Assembly: GCA_964016885.1 (NCBI GenBank)
Contig: OZ024741.1
Location: forward strand, 67,394,001 to 67,458,000
Source: Eledone cirrhosa
Lineage: Eukaryota
DNA length: 64,000 nucleotides
Reading direction: 5' to 3'
Shown here: positions 1 to 13,050 of the stretch, piece by piece
Layout of the letters: each line of letters opens with the position of its first letter
Position numbering within the stretch: position 1 is the first letter of the stretch
The notes under the pieces: generated by a model
Told to the model about the DNA's origin: nothing
Seen by the model: only the letters and a program-made list of their open reading frames with translations
Databases searched by the model: none
Program-made: the position numbers and the translations under genes

Positions 1-390
1 ACCTGACAAAGGACGGAAGAATTCACAAGAATCAACGGCCATCCGAATTGTGTAAATATGTATATACACATATACCGCGTGGTTAAACCACTGGGAGTGA
101 AGGACCCCTAGCCTTTGTCATGGCATTCTTCTAGGAGAAGGCAACTCAGTAAACTGGGATAACTCCGTTATAAAACCTGCGGCTCAGTAGTTACCGATGA
201 TGTTGATCTTTTCTTCTTTTCGGATTATAGCTACTGTCGCTCAGAGAGTGGGATTGGCTCAGTGCACAGTCTTTCCTCATTTAAAAAAAAATTTTCATGC
301 ACAAGAATTGCACGATAGAATTAATTAATAATTATTAATAATAGTATATCATGCAATGGTCATACTCGATAACGAGGAGGCAGCCATCAT
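1..390 (+). mobile_element. Non-autonomous retroelement (SINE-like) with RTE-type 5' UTR motif, partial older copy
   Basis: Contains ctaggagaaggcaactc (RTE 5' UTR-like motif) and ends ggcagccatcat + (GTAT)n. Aligns by eye to the reverse complement of the 43777-44385 units. Confidence 0.6.
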
Positions 391-517
391 GTATGTATGT
401 ATAAAGGTATGTATGAAGGTATACATGTACGATTGTATGTATGTATGTTTGCATATATATATATATATATATATATATCAGATGTGAGAAAAACCACAGA
501 CCCTCCATCTCAACTCA

Positions 518-555
518 CCTTTTGAAAAGCAGAAGAACTGCGAAACCGGTAAAGG
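518..555 (+). ncRNA. Minimal type I hammerhead ribozyme, U3-A8 core variant
   Basis: CCTT-TTGAAAA-GCAG aagaa CTGC-GAAAC cg GTA-AAGG: stem I CCTT/AAGG, stem II GCAG/CTGC, palindromic stem III ACCGGT, GUA site. Lies in a repeat (479-700) also found at about 10900-11045 and 52625-52855. Confidence 0.7.
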
Positions 556-686
556 AACCAAATAAATATATATATTTAAAAAAAAAATAAGACTTCAGTT
601 GCATTTTCGATTTCATCCCTTTTTCTTTATACTTCCACTCGTGTAGGACACCTCGGTTATTTTTCATTTTGTAAAAAAAACCTCAC

Positions 687-723
<37 letters not shown>

Positions 724-836
724 TAAAAGGAATTCCAACTTTGTCTGATTTACTCGTTTTATTTACAATCCTTTAAAATTTATAATGGTATTAGAATGAA
801 ATAGTATGGTAGAATATTAAATGTTAAGTGATAATT

Positions 837-874
837 GAACAAGTACTTTCATGCTTTCGCAATATTCAGGTTCA
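837..874 (-). ncRNA. Degenerate minimal hammerhead ribozyme
   Basis: Minus strand GAAC-CTGAATA-tTGC gaaa GCAt-GAAA gtac TT-GTTC. Core G8 is replaced by U. Confidence 0.45.
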
Positions 875-963
875 TATTGTGTGGTGACAGTCAAGTTTGC
901 AATTTTCAATATATATATATATATAGAAGGATTTAAATGGATACAGTTCAGTAAAAGGAATTT

Positions 964-1080
964 ATTGACACGTGTTTCAATAACAGTTATATAACCTGAA
1001 AACGGTTGCTATCTACAAAGTATTAATTATGCAGACACTCAATATTTCAATGTTATTTTCAACTATCATTTCATCAGAAT
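964..1080 (-). ncRNA. Type I hammerhead ribozyme with long branched stem II
   Basis: Minus strand ATT-CTGATGA-AATGATAGTT...AACTGTTATT-GAAAC acgt GTC-AAT: canonical core, 10-bp stem II base, palindromic loop III, GUC site. Confidence 0.7.
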
Positions 1081-1345
1081 AATCTTATTGAGAACTTGTT
1101 TGGATTTTATAGAGAATATTAAGAGGGAGGAGTGAAGTTAGAAGTATAGTTAAGGAAGTGGATAGACATGTTTGATAGCAGTGGGTAATTAGATTCCCAT
1201 CTGTTGTTTTGACATTTTTATAGAATACATTATTTGGCGTTGGTTATTTTTCTAAATCTATAGAAGGATTAGAGATAGTAAAGATATGCATGGTTGGTTT
1301 TGTGTTTGCACTTAATTAACATCCAGACTTAAATTTTTCTTTCAA

Positions 1346-1641
1346 GTGTGTGTATCCATTCGCCCACACATAGATATATGTGTATACATACTTATTTTTT
1401 TTTTAAAACATACACATTCACACACATACATATATGCACACCTCTACAAATACATACACTCATATACACATACTTACAGGCTCATACTGACATACATATA
1501 TACATGTACATATATATATATATATATATATACATATATATATGTACCCACATACGCATTCATGTATATACACTTTCATACTCTACTTATCTTCATATAC
1601 ACACATATAGACACACACATATATACATACATACTCCTGTC

Positions 1642-1713
<72 letters not shown>

Positions 1714-1755
1714 CACATATACATGAATACACATACATTTAATTATACACATCAA

Positions 1756-1791
<36 letters not shown>

Positions 1792-1800
1792 TCGCCCACT
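1346..1800. repeat. Compound (TA)n/(CA)n/(CATA)n microsatellite
   Basis: Simple-repeat composition is directly visible. Confidence 0.9.
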
Positions 1801-1909
1801 TATTTACTTATTTATATACATTTTCACCTATATACATACATATGGTCGCTTTTAGACACATTCATTATAGCATATTCGCACCTATTCTTACCAGCATATT
1901 TATCCATTA

Positions 1910-2787
1910 CTAGCAGTAAAGCCCGGCGTTGCTCGGGGTCGCTCAGTAGCTGTGTTAAAGTTACAATGTTAAGTTTCTTTCTTGGCTTAAAAACTGTAGT
2001 GTCTACTGTGCAGACTTGCATGTGGTGTTTTTGATTAATATTCCCTCAACCAACAATATGCCTTATGAAGTTAAGAAAACATAACGATAACCCGAATGTT
2101 ATAACAAAAGAGGATGCTGGGGATAGAAACTGCACTGGTTATTTATTAACAAAGATCGAAAATGTAAACACTGCAACGCAGAGAAAAACATTAGCGTAAC
2201 CAAATTATCAGTTATGTCTGTCTGCACGCCTATATCACCTCTCTGCACGACTGTCTGTCTGCACGCCTATATCACCTCTCTGCACGACTGTCTGTCTGCA
2301 CGACTGTCTGTCTGCACGCCTAACGACGAAATATTTGCTTGTTTTACGTAGTCTTTAAATAGACTTGCTTTCAAGTAAAAATATTGTTTTAAAATGCTTT
2401 TAAATGGAAATGAAGCAAAACGGAAGCTTAGTGTTCGAACTGATTAATTTTGCAGGTCAATATTTTGCTGGCTCGACGACAACTGTTCGTGTATTGTGTT
2501 AATGTCATTTTAAACGCTGAGAAAGCCAGCGTAATTGTTTACGTAAGACGCTCAATGTAAACAGAACAAAGGGAAATAACTGATAACTTACGCTCAAAAA
2601 TCGATACATTATATTCGATTTCGTCACATAGGGTGGGTCAATTTGAAATTTTTTTTTTTCCGATGTCTTCGCTAGGGCTCAATGTACAAGTCTCGCAATT
2701 TCGGTGCAATTCCGTGAGAGATTCTAAGAGGAGATGTGTGCCAAAAATCGATAGACAGACAGACAACCACAGTTTTATATATATAGA
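1910..2787 (-). mobile_element. Non-autonomous Helitron
   Basis: Minus strand reads A|TCTATATATATAAAAC...CCCGAGCAACGCCGGG-ctttactg-CTAG|T: 5'-TC, 3' GC-rich hairpin then CTAG, inserted in an AT dinucleotide with no TSD. Internal (GTCT)-type repeats and a tandem repeat at about 2215-2320. Confidence 0.85.
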
Positions 2788-2788
2788 T

Positions 2789-3096
2789 TAGTGTGATAAT
2801 TTAAGGTTATTAATAGTTCATATATATGTTGAAAAGTGATTGTTTTTATATTTTTCTAACTAGATTGAGGATTTGTATAGTTGGGAGGATGTCCCTCGTT
2901 TATGAAATATTCAGCTTGTAGTGGGGAAAAGGGTTGTAGTTCGGTGACGGCAGAATAATGTTCGTTCAATTCTGTTATTAAGCAGTTTGTTCTTGTGTGT
3001 GATTATGTAATAAATCTCAAGATTACATAATTTGCAGAAATGTTGGCTCCTGGAAAAGCTTTGGGTTTTAGCTAATTTCTCTTATTTTAGGGTAAA

Positions 3097-3100
<4 letters not shown>
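2789..3100 (-). pseudogene. Penelope-like GIY-YIG C-terminal remnant
   Basis: Minus translation includes FCKLCNLEIYYII...LLNNRIE...FCRH, similar to the CNLCLNEK..IINRR..LCLH tail at 12601-12730. Confidence 0.5.
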
Positions 3101-3158
<58 letters not shown>

Positions 3159-3261
3159 CAAATTATATACGTAAACATGTAAGTATGTTTTTGAAACGGT
3201 GCGCGAGTTTGAAATTAGAAATTAGAAATTATAAGCTTTCATCGTATTTTAGACTAAAGAA

Positions 3262-3450
3262 ATTTCTAGCCTGATAGTGGGGTTTATAACCCTCAGAGAA
3301 ATGGAAAAAGATGAGTGTTGCCGTACAATGATAGAGGGGTTTATAACCCTCGGAGAAATGGAAAAAGATAAGTGTTGCCGTACATGTACGGCAACACTCA
3401 TCTTTTTCCATTTCTCCGAGGGTTATAAACCCCACTATGAGGCTAGAAAT
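3262..3450. repeat. Fold-back palindrome with internal tandem duplication
   Basis: Arms are centred on gtacatgtac (about 3385). The left arm carries a duplicated segment of about 57 bp. Confidence 0.85.
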
Positions 3451-3696
3451 GTGTATATATATTTAAGCACACACACGAAGTCACGTATTTAAAAATCTCT
3501 GGAACTGTTTGACGAAAAACTAATGAAAACAACAACTTGTCATTTTCTTAATGATCAGCTTGAATTCTACAAACATGACCCACAAAGAAAGCACAAACAC
3601 ACACACGCACACGCACACACACACACGCGCGCACACGCACGCACACACATATATATATATATATATGTATATATATGTGAGTGTGTGTGGGGTACA

Positions 3697-3729
<33 letters not shown>

Positions 3730-3789
3730 GTATATATACATACACCTACCTACATTCATGGATGCAAATATACATAAACCTATATATTC

Positions 3790-3831
<42 letters not shown>

Positions 3832-3836
<5 letters not shown>

Positions 3837-4897
3837 TGCTTTGGGAGGGTTATGTTGCCAATAAGAAACACACGCACCAATTGCTTTCACTTCAATTTAT
3901 TATAAATTAAATTTATAAATTTAGGAATTTATAATTTCCGGTTGGTTGGTTGGTTCCACAACCAGAGGATTGTTCATATATTGTCAAAGTTCTTTCGTCA
4001 CACATTCTGTGACCTCTTCAGTGACTGGGGATTCTTGTCTTTGTTTTTGTGCCTCTCCTTTGTTCTGTCCTACGCCATCTTTTTTTGTGTGTGTTGTGTG
4101 CTTAGTTTGCGCATGTGTTACGTCCGAGTGTCTGTGTGTGTTTATATTTGTTTATTTATTTGTGTATTTACATGTTACTGGTTGGTTGTTTGTTCTATGT
4201 GTGTATGTGTTTTCATTTTGTCCTTAATTGTAAGTTGTGATGTTGCTATTCCATTCATGTTTTCTATTTAATTTTGTTTGGAGTTTATTTATGTTTATTG
4301 CCTCTCTGATTTGTCTAAACATTGCGTCTTTTCTGTGTGTAGATTCTATTTTTATTTCTATGTTCTCTAATTTATCCTTATTTTCTATTTTAGCATGTTG
4401 GTGGAGTACAGATGATTCTTTACTATCTTGAAGCTCTCGCCAGTGTTCATTTATCCGTTCTCCTATACTACACGCTGTCTCACCTGTGTACACTATATTC
4501 TTATCTCTACATTGTCCTTCAGTACATCTTATGCTATATACTACATTTCTAGTTTTACAGTAAATATGGGGGCTTAGTTTACAGATTATACATTTCTTAT
4601 CTATACAGAGAGATATTTGAAAAGGGTATGTATTGCTAATAAGTGTTTTTATGGAGGTAATAAATAAACAAATATAAACACACACAGACACCTGGATGTA
4701 ACACATGCGCAAACTAAGCACACAACACACACAAAAACAAGATGGCGTAGGACAGAACAAAGGAGAGGCACAAAAACAAAGAAAAGAATCCACAGTCACT
4801 GAAGAGGTCACAGAATGTGTGACGAAAGAACTTTGACAATATATGAACAATCGTCTGGTTGTGGAACCAACCAACCGGAAATTTATAAATTCCTAAA
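3832..4897 (-). mobile_element. 5'-truncated Penelope-like element with inverted pseudo-LTR
   Basis: GIY-YIG on minus strand 4224-4650 (NVVYSIRC...YTGETA..GERINEH...EA..I...LNRKHEW). About 4660-4895 is an inverted copy of about 3920-4160. HHR motifs at 3983-4026 (-) and 4794-4838 (+). Left flank is (TA)n. Confidence 0.85.
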
Positions 4898-5349
4898 AGG
4901 GAATTCATTAAAAGCTAATTCTACAAAGCTATAGTTAATTTTTATTTTTATTTATATTTATATTTATTTATAGTTTATTTTTATTAATTTTTGTTTTTAG
5001 AGTAACAAAGGCAGACAGAATTCTATAAACAGGTTCCGGATGGCATACCATTCCTTGTCAATAAGTTAACAGATGTCTATAAAATCAGTGGGGGGTCAGT
5101 CATGCTCGATAGAATTAAAGAAAAGGGAGATTCTTTAAAAGCTAAAGTCATTAAGGTTCTACTAAGTGACAAAGGTCTAGAGAATTCTGCAGACAGATTC
5201 AAAATACTAAGTGCATATCTTACTATTATCTTCGAACTTCTCTTAAACTAATCAACAATATGCCAAAATCAACAGACACATTCACAAAAAAACAAAAAAA
5301 CAAAAAAACAGAAAAACAAAAAAACACACATAAAAAACAAAAAAAAACA

Positions 5350-6787
<1,438 letters not shown>

Positions 6788-6788
<1 letters not shown>

Positions 6789-7093
6789 AGTGTTCTCTGT
6801 TATCAATCTCTTACATTTTTGACCTTACCCTGACAAAGAAAGCGGATGTTAAACGTTGACATGATTTTCTGTCTTTCTATCTATCCCACTTCTTTATTTC
6901 TCTTTAACTGCCTATATATATATGTGTGTGTGCATCTGTATATATATATATGTGTGTGTATATATATAGGCAGATAGAGAGAAATAGAGAGGTGGGATAA
7001 ATAGAAAGATTGAAAATCATGTTAACGTCTAACATCCGCTTTCCTTGTTAGGGCAAGGTGAAAAATGAAAGACATTCATAACACCGAGCACTT
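6788..7093. repeat. Diverged inverted repeat (about 130 bp arms) around a TA/TG microsatellite
   Basis: gaaagcggatgttaaacgttgacatgatttt (about 6838-6868) versus aaaatcatgttaacgtctaacatccgctttc (about 7013-7043). Confidence 0.75.
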
Positions 7094-7244
7094 ACAAAAG
7101 TTCTTATTAGATCCGTGTCCTGGAACAAATTTTATTGACTTGTTTTCTGTCAAACCGCGAACTTATAGAACATAAACACAGAGACGAATACATACACAAA
7201 CAGACGTCCATCCATACATACTTACACACACACAAATACATACA

Positions 7245-7570
7245 TGATGGCTGCAAACTCTGCTAAGAGTATTGCAATCGCTTGTCAGATTATAGAATTT
7301 GGTGCACTTTTAAGCTACGGCCAGCCACACAAACCTGTAACATATCGTGAACAAGCAATGCCTGTGCTTTGAAGGTTTTTTTAAGTGGCGAAAGGCTTTG
7401 CACTCGACCAATCCCACTCTCTGAGCACTACTCGAAAAGGCGAACTGGTCAATATCATGCAATGCTTCCGAAGCCGCAGGTTTTCTTTCAGAGTTTCCCC
7501 CTCTTAGAAAGGTGTTGTGACAACTGCGGGCCTTTCGCTCCCAGGTGAAAAAAAAAATAAGTAATAAAAA
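7245..7570. mobile_element. Short relative of the RTE-head SINE-like family, flanked by (CATA)n
   Basis: atgatggctgcaaactc...aagcaatgcctgtgc...gagtttccccctcttagaa...cccaggtg plus an A-rich end. Similar copy at 16311-16610. Confidence 0.65.
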
Positions 7571-7593
7571 TACATACATACCAACATAGACTA

Positions 7594-7735
7594 TCAATGG
7601 CTGCGATAGCTGGCACCTTCAAAATTTTCAAAACATTCTTGCGATTCAAGGGATGACAATTTCTTTTCTTTTACAACCTTGCCACCAGGAAGGTGGCCGG
7701 TGAAAAATGTATTCGAAATTAACAGAAAGAGAAAC
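7594..7735 (+). mobile_element. 5'-truncated copy of the R4/Dong-like element (3' terminus only)
   Basis: Near-identical to about 48545-48687 (aatggctgcgatagctggcacc...gcgattcaagggatga...ggtggccgg) and followed by (CATA)n. Confidence 0.9.
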
Positions 7736-8029
7736 ATACATACATGCATACATACATACATAAAATATAGATACTTGTATATGCAACTAGGTAAATACGC
7801 AAGTATGGCTGTATGCTTTTTGTTTGTGTGTGTATGTGTGCTTCTCTCTGTGTTTCTGTGTGTGTGTGTGTGTGTTTGCATGAATTTTATTGCATGTCAG
7901 GATCTATATATCTTGCGTTATATGTGTACAGGCCCATATATTTCTGTATCTATACATGTGTATATATGGTTATTACATACTGAAATTCTTAAATATTTTA
8001 CATATTTTTACAGTTCCATGGACTGTAGT

Positions 8030-8440
8030 AGCAACTTCCAAACTAGCCGTGTTTCTCCTGTTGTGTGAAGCTCAGTATCTTAAAATGTGTACTGAGGCAA
8101 TCCGTAGCGTATTCAAGAGTCTCAATGATCACACTTACAAATCTAAAGGTGTAGTCAGTATGGAGTATCTCCGGATTCCTTATTAGTTCAATATAAATTT
8201 TCTTCTGGGCAACAGTTTTCCACTACTGTGCATGCCTCCTTTTCTCTGTCCCATATCACTATGTCTGATTTGTTATTTGCATTTTTTATGGTTTTGACTG
8301 GAACATTCCCCCAATACCCTTTCATATTATATATGCCTATACCCATCACATTACTGTAACTTGTCTTATTCGTGTTATATTCCATGGATATTCGTACCTT
8401 GTTACAAATTACATCATAAGATATATGTTGCTAGATTGGC
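8030..8440 (-). pseudogene. Old R4/Dong-like RLE domain fragment
   Basis: ORF 8188-8385 has YWGNVPVKT...NKSDIVIWD...CTVVENCCP, paralleling YWWNLKIKT...NRPDIVVWD...CSVVEISCP of 46363-48606. Confidence 0.7.
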
Positions 8441-9131
8441 TTGTAGCTTTTCCTCGTATGCATGTACGTATGTATCGATAGGGATTGCATATAACCTCCA
8501 TTATTGATGAATAAAACAAAAACATATATATATATATATATATATACATCCCAACCGAACATACTTTAATCATTATATTCTTACATTTCTCTTTTAATAT
8601 TCTGTTTAAAATCCTATAGTAACGAAAAGTGTTTTCCTTATCTCTTAGTGTCTCTTAAATATATAATGCAGTAATGCTGTGTTTCTGTAATTCTATGTTT
8701 ATAAGATGTACTAGCACGTTATTGGCTGTTATCTTGATTCTATCATTACTTGTGCTCTGTCTATTTAACTGATACATGCTTATTTTCTTAATTTTGCTGT
8801 GATTTAATACTATTTTAATTTTCGTTTAGATTTTGAAGATGTTGTTTTTCTTACTGTAAATAATTTATTTATTTTTATGATTATGATGATGATCATACCA
8901 CAGCTAGCTCAGACGCCACAATACATGGCCAAATACAAGTATTTCAGTATTTCAATCTTCAGTGACCTTTATACATGCGAGACTGAGGCGAGAAAGCCGA
9001 TAGCTTCTATATAGATTTTGCAAGTGCTAATTTTTTATAATTTTGCAGTGCTAATTTCCGTATAATGTGAGCTTGAATGGGTGGTATTAATTAGAAGTAA
9101 CACTAACACACACACACATACATATATATAG

Positions 9132-9181
<50 letters not shown>

Positions 9182-9891
9182 CTAGATAGATAGATAGATT
9201 GATATAATACTGCATAATGTTTAGAGAATTTTTAATATAATGTAATGTATACCCGTTGTGACAAAATACAATTTGTACCTTAATGTAAATAGTATACCTG
9301 ATATAAACTACAGATTTTATCTCTCCGTGGGCTTAAAAAGTAGGATCGATGTGATTAGTTTTTAGTTTCCTTACTCCTTTAACCGTGGCAGTATATTGGT
9401 ATTCTATGAACGAATAGATTAATAGCTGATCCATCTGATTTGTATAGCGCTGACAACGTGGAAAATTATTTGATTATTTACGCATTATATATAAAAAAAA
9501 TCATTATTTAAGCATTATACAAGCATTTAGAATAAATCAAATCATGTAATTCCATCTTGTTTTTTTATAAAGACGTGGGTTTAGCCTGACCGCTTAATGT
9601 AAACAAATTGGCGTCAATGCAGATTATTTTTTAATCTCTGTCCAGACTGAAAAGGTGGAAACTGATCATATAGGGGTCTTCTGAAACCATTCACAAGAAA
9701 CTAACAGCAATCATATGATGAGATGTGTATACATATTTATAAAACACAGAATTTCATTTATATTTTAAAAAAAAGGTTAAAAATGTAAGATTATGAAAGA
9801 AAGTTATCCTAGACGTTATATTTACAATCATTCCGAAATATAGGGTGGTACATAATTAATTTATTAATGTATGTATTAACAAACTTTACAG

Positions 9892-9937
<46 letters not shown>

Positions 9938-10019
9938 TAAATATGTAAATGTACAAGTATTTGTACATATATATATATGTGTATACATACATATATACAT
10001 GTGTGTGTGTGATAGTGTA

Positions 10020-10072
<53 letters not shown>

Positions 10073-10967
10073 TAGAGTGAATCATCCGCCTTATATGAAT
10101 ATGTAAAATCTACTATATCTATCAAGTGATTGTTTCCTGTTTGTACATACAAACATATGAATGTGTGAGGAGGAGCTATGGGGTGTGAGAGAGACAGAGA
10201 AAGAGAGAGGGAGAGGGAGAGAGAGAGGAGGGGGCGTTGATTAGTTTCTTTATGTGCATATTCGTGTATGTCTGATAGATGCATGTACGTATGAGTTTAT
10301 TTATATATACATGTTTGCGTGAATGTATTTGATTGAAATTACCTCTATTATATTTGATGCAATCTCACTGATAACTGAGAAGAAATTTGATAGTAACCTC
10401 GTTCTAGGAGACGGAAATTAGATATCAGTCGATAATGTTATAGAAAACCATTAAAGGCAACCATTTGTTTTACGAGCTTCGTTTATGTATTCTATAATTT
10501 ATATGTCGTTCTGATCAAAGTCGTTGTTTATCAGTCAAGAAATCTTACAAGTGTGCTATTGAAATGAAAATAATAGGAAATTAAAGTCACCAGAATAAAT
10601 TGGTTATATATAACGTTAGAATGGAAGGAAACAACTTACAGAAAATTAACATTACATATTTCATTCCAAATAGGTAATACATATATATTATTATATTATT
10701 AAAGGAAATTGGTAAGGAAGGACAGAAATTACATACAAACACAAATACAATCAAGAATCACTAACTATTAATACAAAACTAATTTTAATAGCAACATTGA
10801 TTTATTGTGCTGGCCCACTGCCACAAATTAATTGTTTATATATATATATGCACACTCACGCAACGCACTCGCAAACACACACACACATATATATATATAT
10901 GAGGAAAAAAGATGAAATCGAAAATGCAACTGGAGTCTTTTTCTTTTAAATATATATTTATTTGGTT

Positions 10968-11004
10968 CCTTTATCGGTTTCGCAGTTCTTCTGCTTTTCA
11001 AAAG
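10968..11004 (-). ncRNA. U3-A8 minimal hammerhead, second copy
   Basis: Minus strand CTT-TTGAAAA-GCAG aagaa CTGC-GAAAC cg ATA-AAG; homologous to 518-555. Confidence 0.6.
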
Positions 11005-11150
11005 TAGAATTGAGATGGAGGGTTTCTGGTTTTTCTCACATCACATATATATATATATGTATATATATATATTTGCTATCCAGCAAATTTCAACCGTTGA
11101 GGTTGTCTTTTGTCCGTGTATGTCAATATTTATTTATAAAACAAATCTGT

Positions 11151-11214
11151 ATTTTATCTGATGAAAGCGCACCATAAATTACCTTTGTCGCCCTTGAAAA
11201 ATATATAATAAAAT
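11151..11214 (+). ncRNA. Minimal type I hammerhead ribozyme, slightly degenerate
   Basis: ATTTTAT-CTGATGA-AAG...CTT-GAAA aatata TA-ATAAAAT; 7-bp stem I. Confidence 0.55.
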
Positions 11215-11253
11215 AAATATGGTTTTATAAATATAGTTTCCATTTATTAATAT

Positions 11254-11313
<60 letters not shown>

Positions 11314-11353
11314 AGTGTGCATATTATATGTTTGGTTGTATTTATGTATGTAA

Positions 11354-11437
<84 letters not shown>

Positions 11438-11561
11438 AGGAGTTGAGTTTTATTGTAGTACAATAAAGCAATGCAGATATCGGATAAGAAGCACTCTACA
11501 GTTTGTAGGACTGGAGTATACATAATATATAAGATCAAAAGATCGTTAAAAGAGTTTCATG

Positions 11562-11632
11562 TATTTTATTATGCGCATTTCAAAAACAAATATCATCATG
11601 CAATAACATTTGTGTTTTCATCAGATAAAATA
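11562..11632 (-). ncRNA. Canonical minimal type I hammerhead (pLTR)
   Basis: TATTTTAT-CTGATGA-long stem II-GAAAT gcgc ATA-ATAAAATA. Identical inverted copy at 14053-14123. Confidence 0.85.
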
Positions 11633-12600
11633 GGAAGACATGATATGAAGGTTAAAAAACACTTGTGGATAGTGCAGTTTTAAATCAACATATGAGAAGT
11701 AGTTTTAGATTGATGTGTGATATTGGGAAGAAAAAAAGATTTGAGGTGGGGGGGGGGGGGGGTGGAAAGGATGAAAAAAAGGTGGAGATGAGAGTATAAT
11801 GAGGAAGGATGAGATAGGAGGAGAGATGGGTGATAGAGAGAGAGAGATAGCTTTTATAACTGAGAAAAAATATTGTGTTACATAGAGAGGTTGAAAAACC
11901 GTTGGAAGATAATGTATAAATTAAAAGAATTTGAAAATTAACGAAGAGAAAAACAATGTAAAGTTAAGGTTTGTATATTGAAGGGTTTAATAATATGTGC
12001 GATGAAAAGAAATTGTTAATATGTATTAAGAATAATATTTAAGGGTTTAATAATATGTGCGATGGAAAGAAAATGTTAATATGTATTAAGAATAATATTT
12101 AAGGGTTTAATAATATGTGCGATGGAAAGAAAATGTTGATATGTATTATTAAAAATAGCAAAGGTAATGTAAGTAAGGATATATTGTGAAAAAAGTAGAA
12201 GATGGGATGAAATAGTTAGATGAGGATGAAAGTGAGAATAAAATAATGAATTGAGGATGAATAATCAAACGTCAAAAAATGTTTATGTTTACGAAGGATT
12301 TTTTTCAAGGTGATATAAAGTAAGAATATATTGTAGTGTGTAATAATTGTTTCTATGTTAGGCACAGTGAGAAAAGGTACAGATTAGGGGTTAGAAATTA
12401 AAAGAAAAAGAAAAGAAAAGGAAAAGGAAGAAAGGGAAGTGATAAATAGGAGTGATATAGAATGAGTAACAAGTATTATATAATGTATAATAAATAACTT
12501 TGAAATAAGGTAGAAAGATGGGTATATTTTTAAAGAAGTATATATATTTATATATATGTGCCTTTGAGAAAAGGATTCTAAATTGATAAAGTATTGGATA

Positions 12601-13050
12601 TTAGCTGTATACTTTATGGAATGTTCTGTGGAATTTATGCAAGCAGAGAGAAAACAAGTCAGTGCGTCTATTTATTATAGAATCTAAATTAGATATAATG
12701 GTAAATTTTTCATTTAGACAGAGATTGCAAGTCTTGGATAGAGAACTGTTCAAGTATGAAGAAGCAGAAGAAACCTTTTTCCAAGAGATGTTATATTTAA
12801 TATTTTTGTCTTTCAAGGACCATATAAGTTCTGAGAGAGACGTGTTGGTTCTTTTAAGTTGGTATTTAAAAGAAGAATGATGATTATAAAGACGAGCTTT
12901 AAAGGAGGTGGAAGTGGAGCCAAAATAGCCAAAATAGGTGAAGGAATTGGTGTCAGTTATAACTTTACATTCGTAGATTAAGTTTTTATCAAGACAATGG
13001 TTGTTGAGAGGACATTTATTTTTAACAGGGCAATTGCAATTGCGATTAGA
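12601..13050 (-). CDS. GIY-YIG endonuclease domain of a Penelope-like element (5'-truncated, no start codon)
   Basis: Manual translation: CNCPVKNKCPLNNHCLDKNLIYECKV...YFGYFGSTSTSFKARLYNHHSSF...LSELIWSLK...CNLCLNEKF...CLH. Confidence 0.85.
   Translation of the reverse strand, partial: SNRNCNCPVKNKCPLNNHCLDKNLIYECKVITDTNSFTYFGYFGSTSTSFKARLYNHHSSFKYQLKRTNTSLSELIWSLKDKNIKYNISWKKVSSASSYLNSSLSKTCNLCLNEKFTIISNLDSIINRRTDLFSLCLHKFHRTFHKVYS

Noticed and set aside
11981-12150. CRISPR-like regular repeats
   Set aside because: Contiguous 60-bp tandem units without unique spacers, inside a eukaryotic PLE.
12601-13050. Selenocysteine (in-frame TGA) in the Cys-rich PLE endonuclease
   Set aside because: Manual translation shows ordinary Cys codons and no in-frame TGA.
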